A DNA stretch of 64,000 bases, taken from Chiloscyllium plagiosum. Its lineage: Eukaryota. The stretch covers positions 48,992,723-49,056,722 of the forward strand of contig NC_057719.1 of the NCBI RefSeq assembly GCF_004010195.1. Reading direction: 5' to 3'. Under the pieces are notes generated by a model that was given only the letters and a program-made list of their open reading frames with translations, had not been told where the DNA came from and did no database searches. Below, piece by piece: positions 63,223 through 64,000 of the stretch. How positions within the stretch are numbered: position 1 is the first letter of the stretch; each line of letters opens with the position of its first letter. The translations under genes and the position numbers were made by a program.

Positions 63223-63699
63223 AGATGCAAAATACTCATTTAGTATCTCCCCCACCCCCTATGGTTTCACACATTGGTGGCCTTGCTGATCACTAAGGGG
63301 CCCTATTCTGTCCCTAGTTACCCTTCTGTACTTAATTTGGAAGAGAATTTAGAGGTTGTGGTGTTCTCACATCTTTGCATCCTTTTAGATTGTAGTTATC
63401 ATGGGTTTAGAAGATGCTATCTAATGTGCTCAATGAATTTCTGCACTGGGTCTTACAGAGAGTACCCATTTAGCAATTATTTTGATCTTGAATAATTTGC
63501 TCTTACTCTGAGGCCAGTTTTCTCCTTTACATGTTCATGGGATGTGGACATTGTTGGCATATCTCTAATTGCCATTCAATTAAACAGCTTGCTGTGCTAT
63601 TGCAGGGATTAGTTCCTAGTCAAGCACATTGTTATATGTTGAGAGTCGCAAGCAGACTGTAGTGACTGTAATGAGGTCAGCCAGGTGGATTTCCTTGAA

Positions 63700-63910
63700 A
63701 GCTTCTCCATCTGTTCTGGAACATGTGTCCTCTCCCTCTCATCAAGCAGTGAAGATACCTCAGAGTCTGAGATGGACACAGCAGATGTCACTGTCTTGAT
63801 ACCTTTGTCACCCGAAGAAGAGAATGAGTTTTTACCAAGATGCTCCAGATGCAAGAGGTGAGCTAATATGCATTATACACCACCCATGTTGGAGACAGAG
63901 TTGGAGTAAT
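63700..63910 (+). mobile_element. Possible Gypsy pol C-terminal tail remnant
   Basis: One frame reads SSSSEDTSESEMDTAD...LPRCSRCKR*ANMHYTP, like a CpG-decayed RRS.R.R..P.RY tail. Confidence 0.3.
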
Positions 63911-64000
63911 CTGATCCAGTGCTAAAACACCTCAGTGGAAGCCACAAAAACAAAGAACAGATCTCTGTATGTAAAGATAAGGCTGGAAGGCTCAGTTAGG

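Overview
This is AT-rich, repeat-dense eukaryotic intronic or intergenic DNA with two N-gaps (29013-29523 and 41546-42191). The repeat set points to a cartilaginous fish, probably a shark; this is inferred from sequence recognition, not from a database search. It includes HE1-type V-SINEs, CR1 LINEs with (CTATGACT)n tails, L2-like LINEs and several Penelope-like element (PLE) families. No intact protein-coding gene is visible, and almost all listed ORFs are decayed transposon fragments or chance ORFs. The most notable items are: (1) many minimal hammerhead-ribozyme-like motifs in PLE terminal repeats (pLTRs) from at least three families; (2) a fossil PIF/Harbinger (HARBI1-like) transposase that the ORF track misses; (3) PLE-derived palindromic mini-elements and stacked insertions at one target site; (4) a multi-level nested CR1 pile; and (5) two long transposon-poor blocks with enhancer-like motifs and low-confidence minus-strand exon candidates. 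Boundaries of old elements are approximate because they were read by eye.
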